Of a stretch of DNA of 64,000 nt, positions 45,663 to 54,435 are shown piece after piece. Source of the DNA: a virus. The first letter of the stretch is position 1, and each line of letters starts with the position of its first letter. The position numbers were made by a program, and so were the translations under genes. The stretch spans positions 60,984 through 124,983 of IMG/VR virus record IMGVR_UViG_3300025914_000009. One strand, 5' to 3'. The notes under the pieces were generated by a model. It was not told where the DNA came from and ran no database searches. It worked only from the letters and a program-made list of their open reading frames with translations.

Positions 45663-45678
45663 CGTAAATTTGTATACT

Positions 45679-46677
45679 ATGGCAGAACAGAATCTTCTCG
45701 AAAAAGAGATTGCTAAACTGGAGAAGGATTATGGAAAAGGTTCTATAATCTCAAGAAAATCAGGGGCAGTCGAAGCAATAAGTACTGGATCACTTAAGTT
45801 GGATTTAGCAACTGGGATTGGAGGACTCCCTCGGGGAAAAGTAGTAGAGTTAATGGGATGGGAATCCTCTGGCAAATCTACTGTAGCTCAAAAGGTTGTA
45901 GCTAATGCTCAAGCTAAAGGTCTTAAATGCTTATATATGGATGGAGAATTTAGTCTCGATCCTACATATGCTAAAGCATTGGGTATCAACATGGAAGAGC
46001 TTATGGTATATCAGATAGATGAAGGGGGAGGAGAGAAATGCTATAATGTGGCTGAGAGATTAATACGAACAGGAGAAATTGGGGTGGCAATCATTGATTC
46101 TCAGACTTCTATGCTGCCTAAAAAAGTAATGGAAGGTGAGGTTGGAGATAGTGCTATAGGTCTACACGCCAGGCTTATGAGTACTGCAGTACCAAAGATT
46201 ATGAATGCTGCTGCTATAGGTAACTGTCTGGTTATCTTTATATCCCAGTTCAGAGAGAAGATAGGTGTGATGTTTGGTAGTCCTGAGACTACAAATGGTG
46301 GTAATGCTTTGAAATTCTATGCTCACATGAGAATAGAAGTTCGTAAGAGCATTGTGAAAGAAGGAGATCTGGCTGTAGCCAATAAGACCAAATGTAAGAT
46401 TATAAAGAATAAACTGTCAGAGCCCTTTGGGACAGCAGAGTTTAATATAATCTTCGGAAAAGGCATTGATAGGTTAGGGGAGCTTATAGACCTGGCTGTA
46501 GACTATGAGGTTGTAAAGAAGGGAGGAGCATGGTTCAGCTATGGAGAGGGAGAGAATCTTGTTAAGGCCCAAGGGGAAGATAAATTCAGAGAGCTGCTAG
46601 AGGCAAACTCTGACTTTGCACAAGAGATTGAAAATCAAGTAATACAGAAAGTCAATGCTAACACCACAAGCACTTAG
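45679..46677 (+). CDS. recA: RecA recombinase
   Basis: STGSL.LD.A.GIGGLPRG, GWESSGKST, ARLMS, GGNALKFYA; start MAEQ after TAAATTTG. Confidence 0.97.
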   Translation: MAEQNLLEKEIAKLEKDYGKGSIISRKSGAVEAISTGSLKLDLATGIGGLPRGKVVELMGWESSGKSTVAQKVVANAQAKGLKCLYMDGEFSLDPTYAKALGINMEELMVYQIDEGGGEKCYNVAERLIRTGEIGVAIIDSQTSMLPKKVMEGEVGDSAIGLHARLMSTAVPKIMNAAAIGNCLVIFISQFREKIGVMFGSPETTNGGNALKFYAHMRIEVRKSIVKEGDLAVANKTKCKIIKNKLSEPFGTAEFNIIFGKGIDRLGELIDLAVDYEVVKKGGAWFSYGEGENLVKAQGEDKFRELLEANSDFAQEIENQVIQKVNANTTST

Positions 46678-46885
46678 AGATAAAGGATTTGTATACCATG
46701 CTGCGGGAATATCTGGAGCTGATCAGTGGCAGGGAATGTCTCACTGGATAAATAAAGAAAGAGGTATTCACCTAAGGGGGAATGTTTCAACTGCTAAAGG
46801 TGGAACACTAACCCTATGGGATTATCCACAGATCCAAATTGATAACATAGAGGAGTTGGACTTCCTTTTAAAACTAGTGAAATGA
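46655..46885 (+). CDS. hypothetical protein
   Basis: Overlapping ORF. Confidence 0.6.
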   Translation: MLTPQALRDKGFVYHAAGISGADQWQGMSHWINKERGIHLRGNVSTAKGGTLTLWDYPQIQIDNIEELDFLLKLVK

Positions 46886-47253
46886 AAAGAACGCCACTTA
46901 AAAGGAAAAATAGTAGGATGAAGAATAGCTCTTTGAGGAGAAAGAGAAAAATAGCAGAAGAGAAAATTGAAGAAGAGAGTTTGAGAATGAAGAACTTCTT
47001 CCAAGGTCTCTGGAACAAAATACCTGCTTCCCTGAGACACTGCTGGTCTTGTGATAAGCTTCTATATGAGCCTGTAAGAAGCTATTACTTTGATCATTTA
47101 ATCGAAAAGAGTAAGAAACCAGAACTAGCATATGACGAGTATAATATATTCTTATGCTGTCTGGAATGTCATGCCCTTAAAACAGATGGGCATCCTACAG
47201 AAGTACATCAAAAAGCTATAGAAGCTGCAAAAAGAAGATTTGGTTTAGTGTAA
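46882..47253 (+). CDS. HNH/NinG-like nuclease
   Basis: MKRTPLKR, CWSC, DH, N...CC..CH. Confidence 0.75.
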   Translation: MKRTPLKRKNSRMKNSSLRRKRKIAEEKIEEESLRMKNFFQGLWNKIPASLRHCWSCDKLLYEPVRSYYFDHLIEKSKKPELAYDEYNIFLCCLECHALKTDGHPTEVHQKAIEAAKRRFGLV

Positions 47254-47259
47254 ATTTTC

Positions 47260-47267
47260 TATATTTG
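47260..47267 (+). promoter_or_regulatory. -7 element TAnnTTTG with -33 TTTG
   Basis: TTTG at 47239, TATATTTG, then 4 nt to ATG 47272. Confidence 0.7.
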
Positions 47268-47271
47268 CACT

Positions 47272-47535
47272 ATGGCAACACTCGAAACATTACAAGCACA
47301 GGGACATCCTGTTACTTTAAGCTATGGTCAGAAAGCTGTAGGTCTTACATTCAATCCTGGTAAAGATCCAGCAGTAGAGTTAGTAAAACAGAAATATGCT
47401 GATCTCATTGATCTACTAGATTCTATGAGGACTGCAGCAGAAGGATCAGAGAAGAAAAGAATGTATTCTGTAGCTATCACAGATGCCCAAGCAAGCCAGA
47501 TGTGGGCAGTAAAAGCAATAACCTGGCAATATTAA
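47272..47535 (+). CDS. Acb2/Tad1-like cyclic-nucleotide sponge
   Basis: VGLTFNP...K...A.LID...KR..SVAIT..Q...MWAVKA.T. Confidence 0.65.
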   Translation: MATLETLQAQGHPVTLSYGQKAVGLTFNPGKDPAVELVKQKYADLIDLLDSMRTAAEGSEKKRMYSVAITDAQASQMWAVKAITWQY

Positions 47536-47539
47536 AACT

Positions 47540-47902
47540 ATGTCTAACATTTTCTTCTATCAGAGAGAAGTAACGAGAAAAGTAAAAGTGGAAGATCCGA
47601 AAGAAGGAGAGCCCACAGAAAAAGATGTAACAGAAACTTATTGGGATTGTTTCAACTTGAACAAGGTAATTAGAGGTCATTGGACAAGCCCTGACACCTT
47701 CACAATATTGATGGATGATGGGCATGAGCAGACAGATTCAGTAGATAACCCTGTATTTGGGAAGAGTGGAAAGTTAGTGAAGATTGATAAAGTGAGACAG
47801 AGAGATTGGTATATGTCCCAAATACCTCTCAACAAGCAGGATGCACTGAGGTACAGAGCAACAGTGGAAGCAAGGGTACAGACAGGTTTTATGGAGGGTT
47901 AA
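47540..47902 (+). CDS. conserved hypothetical protein
   Basis: FFY.R, FNLNKVIR, DDGHE. Confidence 0.8.
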   Translation: MSNIFFYQREVTRKVKVEDPKEGEPTEKDVTETYWDCFNLNKVIRGHWTSPDTFTILMDDGHEQTDSVDNPVFGKSGKLVKIDKVRQRDWYMSQIPLNKQDALRYRATVEARVQTGFMEG

Positions 47903-47906
47903 AATG

Positions 47907-47940
47907 AAAAAGAGGGGTACAAAACCCCTCTTTTTTTTTT
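47907..47940. terminator. bidirectional terminator at the strand convergence
   Basis: A5-gaggggt-acaaa-acccctc-T10. Confidence 0.85.
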
Positions 47941-47941
47941 C

Positions 47942-48070
47942 TTACTGTCCTCTACCACCAGTTTTATAACCGTAGGGATTTTTCCCTGTACCAGTTCCAC
48001 TTCCAGGCTTTTTAGGGCCCCTAGGGGGAACTGGGGTGGCAGACATCTTCTTCGCTTTCTTTTTGGCCAT
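47942..48070 (-). CDS. small basic Gly/Pro/Lys-rich protein (42 aa)
   Basis: Read manually: MAKKKAKKMSATPVPPRGPKKPGSG... Confidence 0.55.
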   Translation of the reverse strand: MAKKKAKKMSATPVPPRGPKKPGSGTGTGKNPYGYKTGGRGQ

Positions 48071-48076
48071 TTTTCA

Positions 48077-48394
48077 TTAGGATTTAGGCTTGAATAATTG
48101 ATTTACACCATCTTCCAGCTCTTCAAGATCATCTTTAGAAATATCACTAGCCTCTACGATTACTCCTTGCTCCACTCCATTTTTGAATATCTCCTGTACA
48201 GTATTAAAAGCCTCATATTTCAGAGCTATACTAGAACCTTCTGCAGTATTCACTTCTCTTGTAAGGCAGTGGTATAAAGCAGCTAGTTGCTGACCTGTGA
48301 TTTCAAATACATCTGTTGGCTCCCACTTGTAATTTGCATTGGGATTAAAAACAGGCTTAGTTTTGGAAGCCTTCATTGCTGTTACTTTTGCCAT
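48077..48394 (-). CDS. hypothetical protein
   Basis: Y.W.P.D.F.ITG. Confidence 0.75.
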   Translation of the reverse strand: MAKVTAMKASKTKPVFNPNANYKWEPTDVFEITGQQLAALYHCLTREVNTAEGSSIALKYEAFNTVQEIFKNGVEQGVIVEASDISKDDLEELEDGVNQLFKPKS

Positions 48395-48399
48395 TGGTT

Positions 48400-48681
48400 T
48401 TAGAAATTTATTAAATATGAAATATTGTTTCCTGCCTTCATGCTCTTTGAGAACTCAACGTGTATTCCCAGCATAGTATGAAACCTTTTTATAACATCAA
48501 AGATAGTAAGAAAGGTCAATGGAGTAGAAGGGCATATTCTTACCAGAACTCCATCTTCTTTTCTATATATCATCATGTCAGAATCAAAATCTACTGCCTC
48601 TATAAGACCCTCAAGGTAGTTTAAGTAGGTAGATTCATTATCTGGAATTACTGGTGGAAAGTTAAGTCTCTGAACTTGCAT
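48400..48681 (-). CDS. hypothetical protein
   Basis: Coupled ORF. Confidence 0.7.
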   Translation of the reverse strand: MQVQRLNFPPVIPDNESTYLNYLEGLIEAVDFDSDMMIYRKEDGVLVRICPSTPLTFLTIFDVIKRFHTMLGIHVEFSKSMKAGNNISYLINF

Positions 48682-49085
48682 TAGGACAAAGTTAGTAAAT
48701 ATTTTACTCTGTACCCAAGTCCACTTAAATCTGCTGCTTTATTTGATAAGGCCCACCACTTAGTTTCTTCCCCATACTCATAGAGCTCATCTGCAAACTT
48801 ACAGAGCTCATCAAGAAGTTTATCATGGTTTGCATTTTTATCTACAGGAATCTTAGGAGAGTCAGTAAATCTTTTAGGTCTTATATACCCAAGGAGGAGC
48901 TCTGAGATCTCATCCTTAAACTCTACGAGGCCCTTATAAAGCTTATCAAGAGCTTTATGCTCAGCGAATGAAGTGGTCTGTAGATGCTTGAAATGAGCCC
49001 AGTCATGGAAGTAAAATAACATCTGCATTGCCCTATCGGGCGTCATCTTCCCTCCTCCCTGAGGGGTAGGTAAATAACTTGCCAT
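48681..49085 (-). CDS. ferritin/Dps-like (DUF5856-like) protein
   Basis: H..HLQTTSFAEHKAL..LY, KYLLTL. Confidence 0.75.
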   Translation of the reverse strand: MASYLPTPQGGGKMTPDRAMQMLFYFHDWAHFKHLQTTSFAEHKALDKLYKGLVEFKDEISELLLGYIRPKRFTDSPKIPVDKNANHDKLLDELCKFADELYEYGEETKWWALSNKAADLSGLGYRVKYLLTLS

Positions 49086-49567
49086 TACTTATTGATTATT
49101 GCTTTAAAGATAGGTGGCCCAAGAAAGTATAGAATAATACCTACAAGCATTATCCATGCCCATAGAGGAGTCTTTTTCTTCACAACAGGAACATCTATAG
49201 TCTTTGTCTCCGAATGATATACTTGTGCGGTCTTTAATTTGACCAAACTATCTATCACTCTAACTAAGCTATCTGTCTTGCAATTCACAGTCAATCTACC
49301 TTTACTTATATCCACTTTAGCCTTTACTCTCCCTGAGGGAGATGTAGCTTCGTTATGATACTGAATATCTGGATAGGGGATACTATCATGTATTATAACA
49401 GCATCTGCAGGAACGACGTCTGTAACTGTTACATAAATAGTAGTATCTTTCACCACAATACTATCTTTTGTGACAATTTGTGGAGGAAATTTCTGAAGGC
49501 ATCTCTTCTGAGTAACACAAGATGCAAGAAACAGTATCAGGAGTCCTATTGTGATTATCCTTTTCAT
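49085..49567 (-). CDS. unimolecular spanin-like lipoprotein
   Basis: Lipobox LASC, beta-rich body, C-terminal TM segment. Confidence 0.6.
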   Translation of the reverse strand: MKRIITIGLLILFLASCVTQKRCLQKFPPQIVTKDSIVVKDTTIYVTVTDVVPADAVIIHDSIPYPDIQYHNEATSPSGRVKAKVDISKGRLTVNCKTDSLVRVIDSLVKLKTAQVYHSETKTIDVPVVKKKTPLWAWIMLVGIILYFLGPPIFKAIINK

Positions 49568-49752
49568 TCTTTTTCCTTTTCTTTCTTACCTCTTAGTGCC
49601 TTCACTATGACTATGCTATAGTGAACAATTGCTAATATTGATACGATTGAGCTTAACACAACTCCGATTGGTGGTAGGCTTGCGACCATGTTTAATAATA
49701 GTGTTACGGGCCACAGAACAGCACTGAAAATTTTGTCTATTTCTGAAGACAT
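49564..49752 (-). CDS. holin-like membrane protein
   Basis: Two TM segments, charged C-terminus, next to the spanin. Confidence 0.5.
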   Translation of the reverse strand: MSSEIDKIFSAVLWPVTLLLNMVASLPPIGVVLSSIVSILAIVHYSIVIVKALRGKKEKEKE

Positions 49753-49810
49753 TATTTTGACTTTTTAGGTTAACAAAATTAGGGGGGTTACTGCCCCCCT
49801 AATAAGGTCA

Positions 49811-50305
49811 TTAAGTAGTAGTTGTAGTAGTTGTTGTGCTGGTTGTTGTAGTAGTAGTTGTTGGGCCTGCATGTGCTACTATTGTATACACATCGCCTGC
49901 TGCAGTGAATGTATAAGTCAATGTGCCTGTAGTGCCTGTCTGGTTGGACAGGATAGCTCCTGTAGTGTCGTCAACAACAATGAGGCTCTTAGTAGTATCA
50001 GTTCCTGTCACAGTTACTGTAACGCTCTGTCCACTTCCTGCAGCAAATGTACCTGAAGCACTTGTAAGAGTATCTTCTACAGTTGCTCCACCTACAGTTA
50101 GTACAAATTCCCCATTTGAAGCAGGTGCCAGATAGGCATAATTTGACATTGGGAGAGCACAACATTCATCGTTGGTGATTTCTTTCCAGAAATATCCTCT
50201 ACCTCCTTCAGGGGGAGCATATCTTAATATTAATGTTCCTGGAACCACCTGTCCAAGTTTGTCGAACTTGACAAAAGCCCTTAATCTAGGGTTTCGCTTT
50301 GCCAT
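49811..50305 (-). CDS. probable virion protein with C-terminal poly-Thr tail
   Basis: Beta-rich body ending PTTTTTTTSTTTTTTTT. Confidence 0.75.
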   Translation of the reverse strand: MAKRNPRLRAFVKFDKLGQVVPGTLILRYAPPEGGRGYFWKEITNDECCALPMSNYAYLAPASNGEFVLTVGGATVEDTLTSASGTFAAGSGQSVTVTVTGTDTTKSLIVVDDTTGAILSNQTGTTGTLTYTFTAAGDVYTIVAHAGPTTTTTTTSTTTTTTTT

Positions 50306-50317
50306 TTTGGGTAAAGT

Positions 50318-51382
50318 TTAAATGGTTATTGGCGGTATGGCCTTATATGGATCATACCCTACAACATACCTTGCAGGGTTAGCTTCTTGAATTTCTTTTA
50401 CATAGTTTTTAGAGCAATATTTCTCATCCACATCGGAAAGATCATCTTCAAAAGGAGTACCTTGATTATTTACATACTTAAGTTCCCTTTTATGAAACAA
50501 GATTGCATTATCATGATTTCTGCTGGTAGCCCCAGCATCATGGTAGATCTGAACCTGATCCCATTTCCCTATGGGATCTGTAGCCCAGCAGAAGTCCATT
50601 TCCCAGGGGCAGTTAGTTTTGTACCCTTTTGCCCATAGGTTAAACAAGATGCTCCACATATCAGCACACCATGACTGGAATCCCTTATCTTCATTCTCAA
50701 AGAATCTTCTATTCACACTCCTTAAATTAAGGAGAACTTTAATACATCCCTGGAAAACATCCATCCAGAACTGGGCATCAATTCCTTTAAGGAGGTATTG
50801 TGCTCCTCCTGAACCCTCTTCATTCTTCACAGCGTCCTCTCTAGTCAGACCAAATTCTCCCATCAGCTCGTCCAGAACATCTATCTGGTTGTATGCTTCC
50901 AATCTCTCTGGCAGAACGTCTTTTACCTTACTATCAAAATATGAAGCAGCTATATAGCTCTTAGTGTCACTTAAGTAGCAGGAATTATCATATAGGATAC
51001 TGTCAAGCTTTGGTTTTCTGGTGAAAATCACATCACTATCTATGTATAAGATAGCATCATTTACCAGATCAGGTCTCTCTGTAAAGTACTTATGAAGAAG
51101 CCATGGTCTTAGCAGAGGGATATAGTTCATTACTCTTATAAGACGAAGTAGTTCTCCAGTTTCATCTTCATAGAATTTAAAGCTGGCCTCTGGATAATCT
51201 GACTGTAATGCCTTCCATTCTTTCTCAAACATCTCTCCCCCATTTCTATCACTATGTTTCCAAATGAGAGCTGTGTATTGGCCCGAAAGTCCATGTTTTC
51301 TGAGATTATGGAGTTGAACTCTTAGCTGCCAGTTAAAATAGAGATCATTAGGCTGGCAGGTTATTATTCTTAATTTCTTCAT
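50318..51382 (-). CDS. GT-A fold glycosyltransferase-like protein
   Basis: Y..WQ, RPW, DSDVIF (DxD), WCADMW, H. Confidence 0.7.
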   Translation of the reverse strand: MKKLRIITCQPNDLYFNWQLRVQLHNLRKHGLSGQYTALIWKHSDRNGGEMFEKEWKALQSDYPEASFKFYEDETGELLRLIRVMNYIPLLRPWLLHKYFTERPDLVNDAILYIDSDVIFTRKPKLDSILYDNSCYLSDTKSYIAASYFDSKVKDVLPERLEAYNQIDVLDELMGEFGLTREDAVKNEEGSGGAQYLLKGIDAQFWMDVFQGCIKVLLNLRSVNRRFFENEDKGFQSWCADMWSILFNLWAKGYKTNCPWEMDFCWATDPIGKWDQVQIYHDAGATSRNHDNAILFHKRELKYVNNQGTPFEDDLSDVDEKYCSKNYVKEIQEANPARYVVGYDPYKAIPPITI

Positions 51383-52076
51383 TCATCTTGGTTTTAAAGT
51401 CTTCTACTGATATAAGATTTAATATCTCATATCTGTCATTGTCAAGAGCTTCATAGTCTATTTCCTCTACAGGGAAATTCAGTGGCCTTGCTGGGATATT
51501 AGGATGAATTACTCCTACTCCCCAGTCAGTATCTATTGTATAAGTCAGATAAGGTAGCTCGATTCTGGCTTTTATAAAGGCTTTATATACATCCCCATTC
51601 CAGTTTCCATGCTTATCTCCAATTGTAGAGTGCTGTAGGGTAGGAGGGTTACAGTCATGCAGAACTATAGTTCCCCCAGGGGATAAGTGTTTAAGGGCAT
51701 TTTCAATATCTCTGCTTACCTGGGTCGCTTCATGAAGACCGTCTATAAATATGATATCCCACTTTTCATCTTCATCTATCTTGGAGAAGAAGTAGTCTGA
51801 AGTACACTTATGAATATCACATCCTCCATCTGACACTAGTATGGAGTTTGGAGGCATTGATTGTTGAAACTCATTCTTACATGGATTAGGGTCTGTGGCA
51901 GTCTTATCCTCACATTTAACCTGATCAAATGACCAGCCTTTGTAGTAACCTATCTCTAAATACGACTTGTAGTTATGCTTCTGTATGAAGCTATTGATTA
52001 TATCCCATCTGTTCATATCAAACTTTGGTTTTTTTGTCAGTTTAGATGATATGTATCTATGTAGTTTGCTTATCAT
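51348..52076 (-). CDS. class I SAM methyltransferase (Methyltransf_24-like)
   Basis: YLEIG, DIIFIDGLH, GG.IVLHD. Confidence 0.85.
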   Translation of the reverse strand: MISKLHRYISSKLTKKPKFDMNRWDIINSFIQKHNYKSYLEIGYYKGWSFDQVKCEDKTATDPNPCKNEFQQSMPPNSILVSDGGCDIHKCTSDYFFSKIDEDEKWDIIFIDGLHEATQVSRDIENALKHLSPGGTIVLHDCNPPTLQHSTIGDKHGNWNGDVYKAFIKARIELPYLTYTIDTDWGVGVIHPNIPARPLNFPVEEIDYEALDNDRYEILNLISVEDFKTKMNEEIKNNNLPA

Positions 52077-52077
52077 C

Positions 52078-52731
52078 TTACAAAGATAGCGAATCTACAA
52101 ATCTCTTTGTGGTGGAAAATTCTGAGCTTGAGTGGGTTATGATATATAGTTCTTCCTCACTTAAGTTTTCATAATCCAAATACCAGGGAATATGTCTGGC
52201 AGTACAGTCTCCTGCGATCCTTATAGCCTCATAAGTAAAGCACTGACCGACTATAATAGTAGAGAAAGTTGTATCAACATCTGCCTTAAACACCTCAGGC
52301 TCAAGCTCTTGTCTCCAGAACTTCTGCTCTTCTCCCTTTACATAAGATCCATATATAGTTGAAGGAAGATCATCTATCCTGAGTGCTAGTCCAGCTTTTA
52401 CTTTTTGGTATTTCTCAGCCGTAGAGCACATCTTTTCTACAAACCCCCTAGGGGTGTTAGGGTTAAGCTCAATATCAGCATCGGAATAAGCTACCCACCC
52501 TTGGAATTTATTGATGTAGTCACTGTTATAGATAGCAAGTTGTCCAAGGTTTCTACCTAATAGTTCAACTTTGTAAGGGCAACTATTGTACCATTCCAGC
52601 AAAGGAGGGTAGGTTGAGTTATTGTCAAGGATGTGAATGTTGCTATAGCCCAGCTTTGAAAGATCGTCTGCCAGTTTTTTAGTCGTGCTTAACCTATTAA
52701 AATTATTTATTATAATTGGTATATCACTCAC
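52078..52731 (-). CDS. GT2-like glycosyltransferase
   Basis: IINNFNR, ILDNNSTYP, SDAD, DTTF; likely GTG start at 52731. Confidence 0.8.
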   Translation of the reverse strand: MSDIPIIINNFNRLSTTKKLADDLSKLGYSNIHILDNNSTYPPLLEWYNSCPYKVELLGRNLGQLAIYNSDYINKFQGWVAYSDADIELNPNTPRGFVEKMCSTAEKYQKVKAGLALRIDDLPSTIYGSYVKGEEQKFWRQELEPEVFKADVDTTFSTIIVGQCFTYEAIRIAGDCTARHIPWYLDYENLSEEELYIITHSSSEFSTTKRFVDSLSL

Positions 52732-52889
52732 TATGTTGTAGTTGTTGTGGTAGTAGTAGAAGTAGTTAGGGTTGGAAGCACTGCTCCAACATAACACAGG
52801 AATCTATGTATTATCCTAAAGCGTCTATCTATTTCCTGTCTGGACATAGTGCTTAGAGGCTCATATTGGCAGATGTTACTTGTTGACAT
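52731..52889 (-). CDS. 52-aa peptide with poly-Thr tail
   Basis: Read manually: MSTSNICQYEPLSTMSRQEIDRRFRIIHRFLCYVGAVLPTLTTSTTTTTTTT; overlaps both neighbours. Confidence 0.7.
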   Translation of the reverse strand: MSTSNICQYEPLSTMSRQEIDRRFRIIHRFLCYVGAVLPTLTTSTTTTTTTT

Positions 52890-53631
52890 AGACTAAATCA
52901 TAATATTTTTGAACTTCTTCTTTCTTCCATGGTGTTAGAATCTGGTCTCCATGATCTCTTGAAAAGTTCCTATAGTTACTAAAGTTGTTTGGATGCCCCG
53001 CATTCCCTGAGGTCTTGAAGGTAGGAATGTCTGTATCGCCCCAGTTATAAATCAATGTAGGAGCACCAGAGTCATCCACACGTATCTTTTGCTCATATAC
53101 AAGAGGATTAACCCATTGGAGGTGTTGATCCGTAGTACCTTGGCTGTACCCATATTTTTGTATGTGTTCTGCTGCAACAAAGATTGATGGTTCCAAAGTG
53201 TTACTCATTAACTCTATCCCTCCAGGGTGTCTGTAATAAGACTTTGAAGGTTTATATGCGACTTTCCCTTCATCAATTCCTCTACGGAGACCTTTTATCC
53301 CCTCTGATATATGATTGGGAAGGAAAATATCATCATCATCCCAATGTATAATTACCTGTGTATCAGGAGAAACATATTTCAAAGCATCATTATATATATC
53401 TCCCAGGTTATTATAGGGCTCATTAGTCCTATTACAATTAGACTGATTTATAAGAGTAACTAACTTATTTGGTTTCTCTGTTGAGAAGTTGAATAGACTT
53501 TGAGAAACAGGTGAGTTATTATAGATAAGAAGCTCATGTATACCTTCATAGTCTTGTTCGAGGAACAATCTTATGCTTCTCTCCATTAGCTTATGTCTAC
53601 CACAGGTAGCAGCAATTGCACATACTTTCAT
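52876..53631 (-). CDS. GT2 glycosyltransferase
   Basis: T.GR, FLEQDY, WDDDD. Confidence 0.85.
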   Translation of the reverse strand: MKVCAIAATCGRHKLMERSIRLFLEQDYEGIHELLIYNNSPVSQSLFNFSTEKPNKLVTLINQSNCNRTNEPYNNLGDIYNDALKYVSPDTQVIIHWDDDDIFLPNHISEGIKGLRRGIDEGKVAYKPSKSYYRHPGGIELMSNTLEPSIFVAAEHIQKYGYSQGTTDQHLQWVNPLVYEQKIRVDDSGAPTLIYNWGDTDIPTFKTSGNAGHPNNFSNYRNFSRDHGDQILTPWKKEEVQKYYDLVYVNK

Positions 53632-53966
53632 TATGGTTTTTTGAATATGTGATTATAGAATACATTGAATGTCAGCATAATAATAAGTCCAATGATTAGA
53701 AAATCAAGGTACGAGTTGAACATTGGGCCATATTTATGATAAGCTATTGCCCCGAGGGATATAGAAGTCCACATAAGACTCTTAGCCAAATGCCATGCAT
53801 CTACAGGATAGCTAAATATCCTCTTGGCATACTTCCAGCTTTCCCATCTATACCAGAATCTTGGATTCCAGTTTCTGAATATAGAATTAGAAAAGTGCCC
53901 TTCATCTACACTATCCATGAAGGCATTACAGAGTCCTGCCAAAAAGAAGAAAAACAGACTTATCAT
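53631..53966 (-). CDS. membrane protein
   Basis: AG..NA.MD, SW, DAWHLAK. Confidence 0.75.
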   Translation of the reverse strand: MISLFFFFLAGLCNAFMDSVDEGHFSNSIFRNWNPRFWYRWESWKYAKRIFSYPVDAWHLAKSLMWTSISLGAIAYHKYGPMFNSYLDFLIIGLIIMLTFNVFYNHIFKKP

Positions 53967-54175
53967 TATTGTCCCCCTTTACGAGTCCAGAAGTATATCC
54001 ATCCACCAACTACACCTAATCCACATACTACTGCAGCAACATCCCAGAACTTCCACCAGAAAGAGTGGTTTGCATAGTCACTAAGCCCAGGGAATATTAC
54101 AGCTCCGAAGATACCAACTAGTGCAGTAGCTACATAGAGCCAGTCTTTCAAGTACTCTTTAGAAAAAATTGACAT
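53966..54175 (-). CDS. small membrane protein
   Basis: Two TM segments. Confidence 0.7.
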   Translation of the reverse strand: MSIFSKEYLKDWLYVATALVGIFGAVIFPGLSDYANHSFWWKFWDVAAVVCGLGVVGGWIYFWTRKGGQ

Positions 54176-54196
54176 AAATTATAGTTTTTTGTAAAA

Positions 54197-54433
54197 TTAA
54201 GGTTTTTTATCATCTGCTGGAGGAACTTCCCCCATAAAAAATATACCAATAGCCTTCACAAAGAGTGTAAGGCCAGGAAGAATGACAAGGCTAATATCAT
54301 TTTTTAGATCAGGAGATATACCCTTCATTAGGGTTACAAGAGGTATTGCTCCCATAAAAAGGAAAATTAATGCTGTCTCAAGTCTCCTGAACCATAAAGG
54401 AGCAGGTTTATTCATATTATCATTGATTGCCAT
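54197..54433 (-). CDS. small membrane protein (holin-like)
   Basis: Two TM segments; P.WFR motif. Confidence 0.6.
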   Translation of the reverse strand: MAINDNMNKPAPLWFRRLETALIFLFMGAIPLVTLMKGISPDLKNDISLVILPGLTLFVKAIGIFFMGEVPPADDKKP

Positions 54434-54435
54434 AT

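Noticed and set aside
45619-45678. N-terminal extension of RecA
   Set aside because: Spans a terminator and a promoter; the real start is ATG 45679
52732-52797. N-terminal extension of the GT (MLCWSS...YYYHNNYN)
   Set aside because: Out-of-frame reading of the poly-Thr peptide gene
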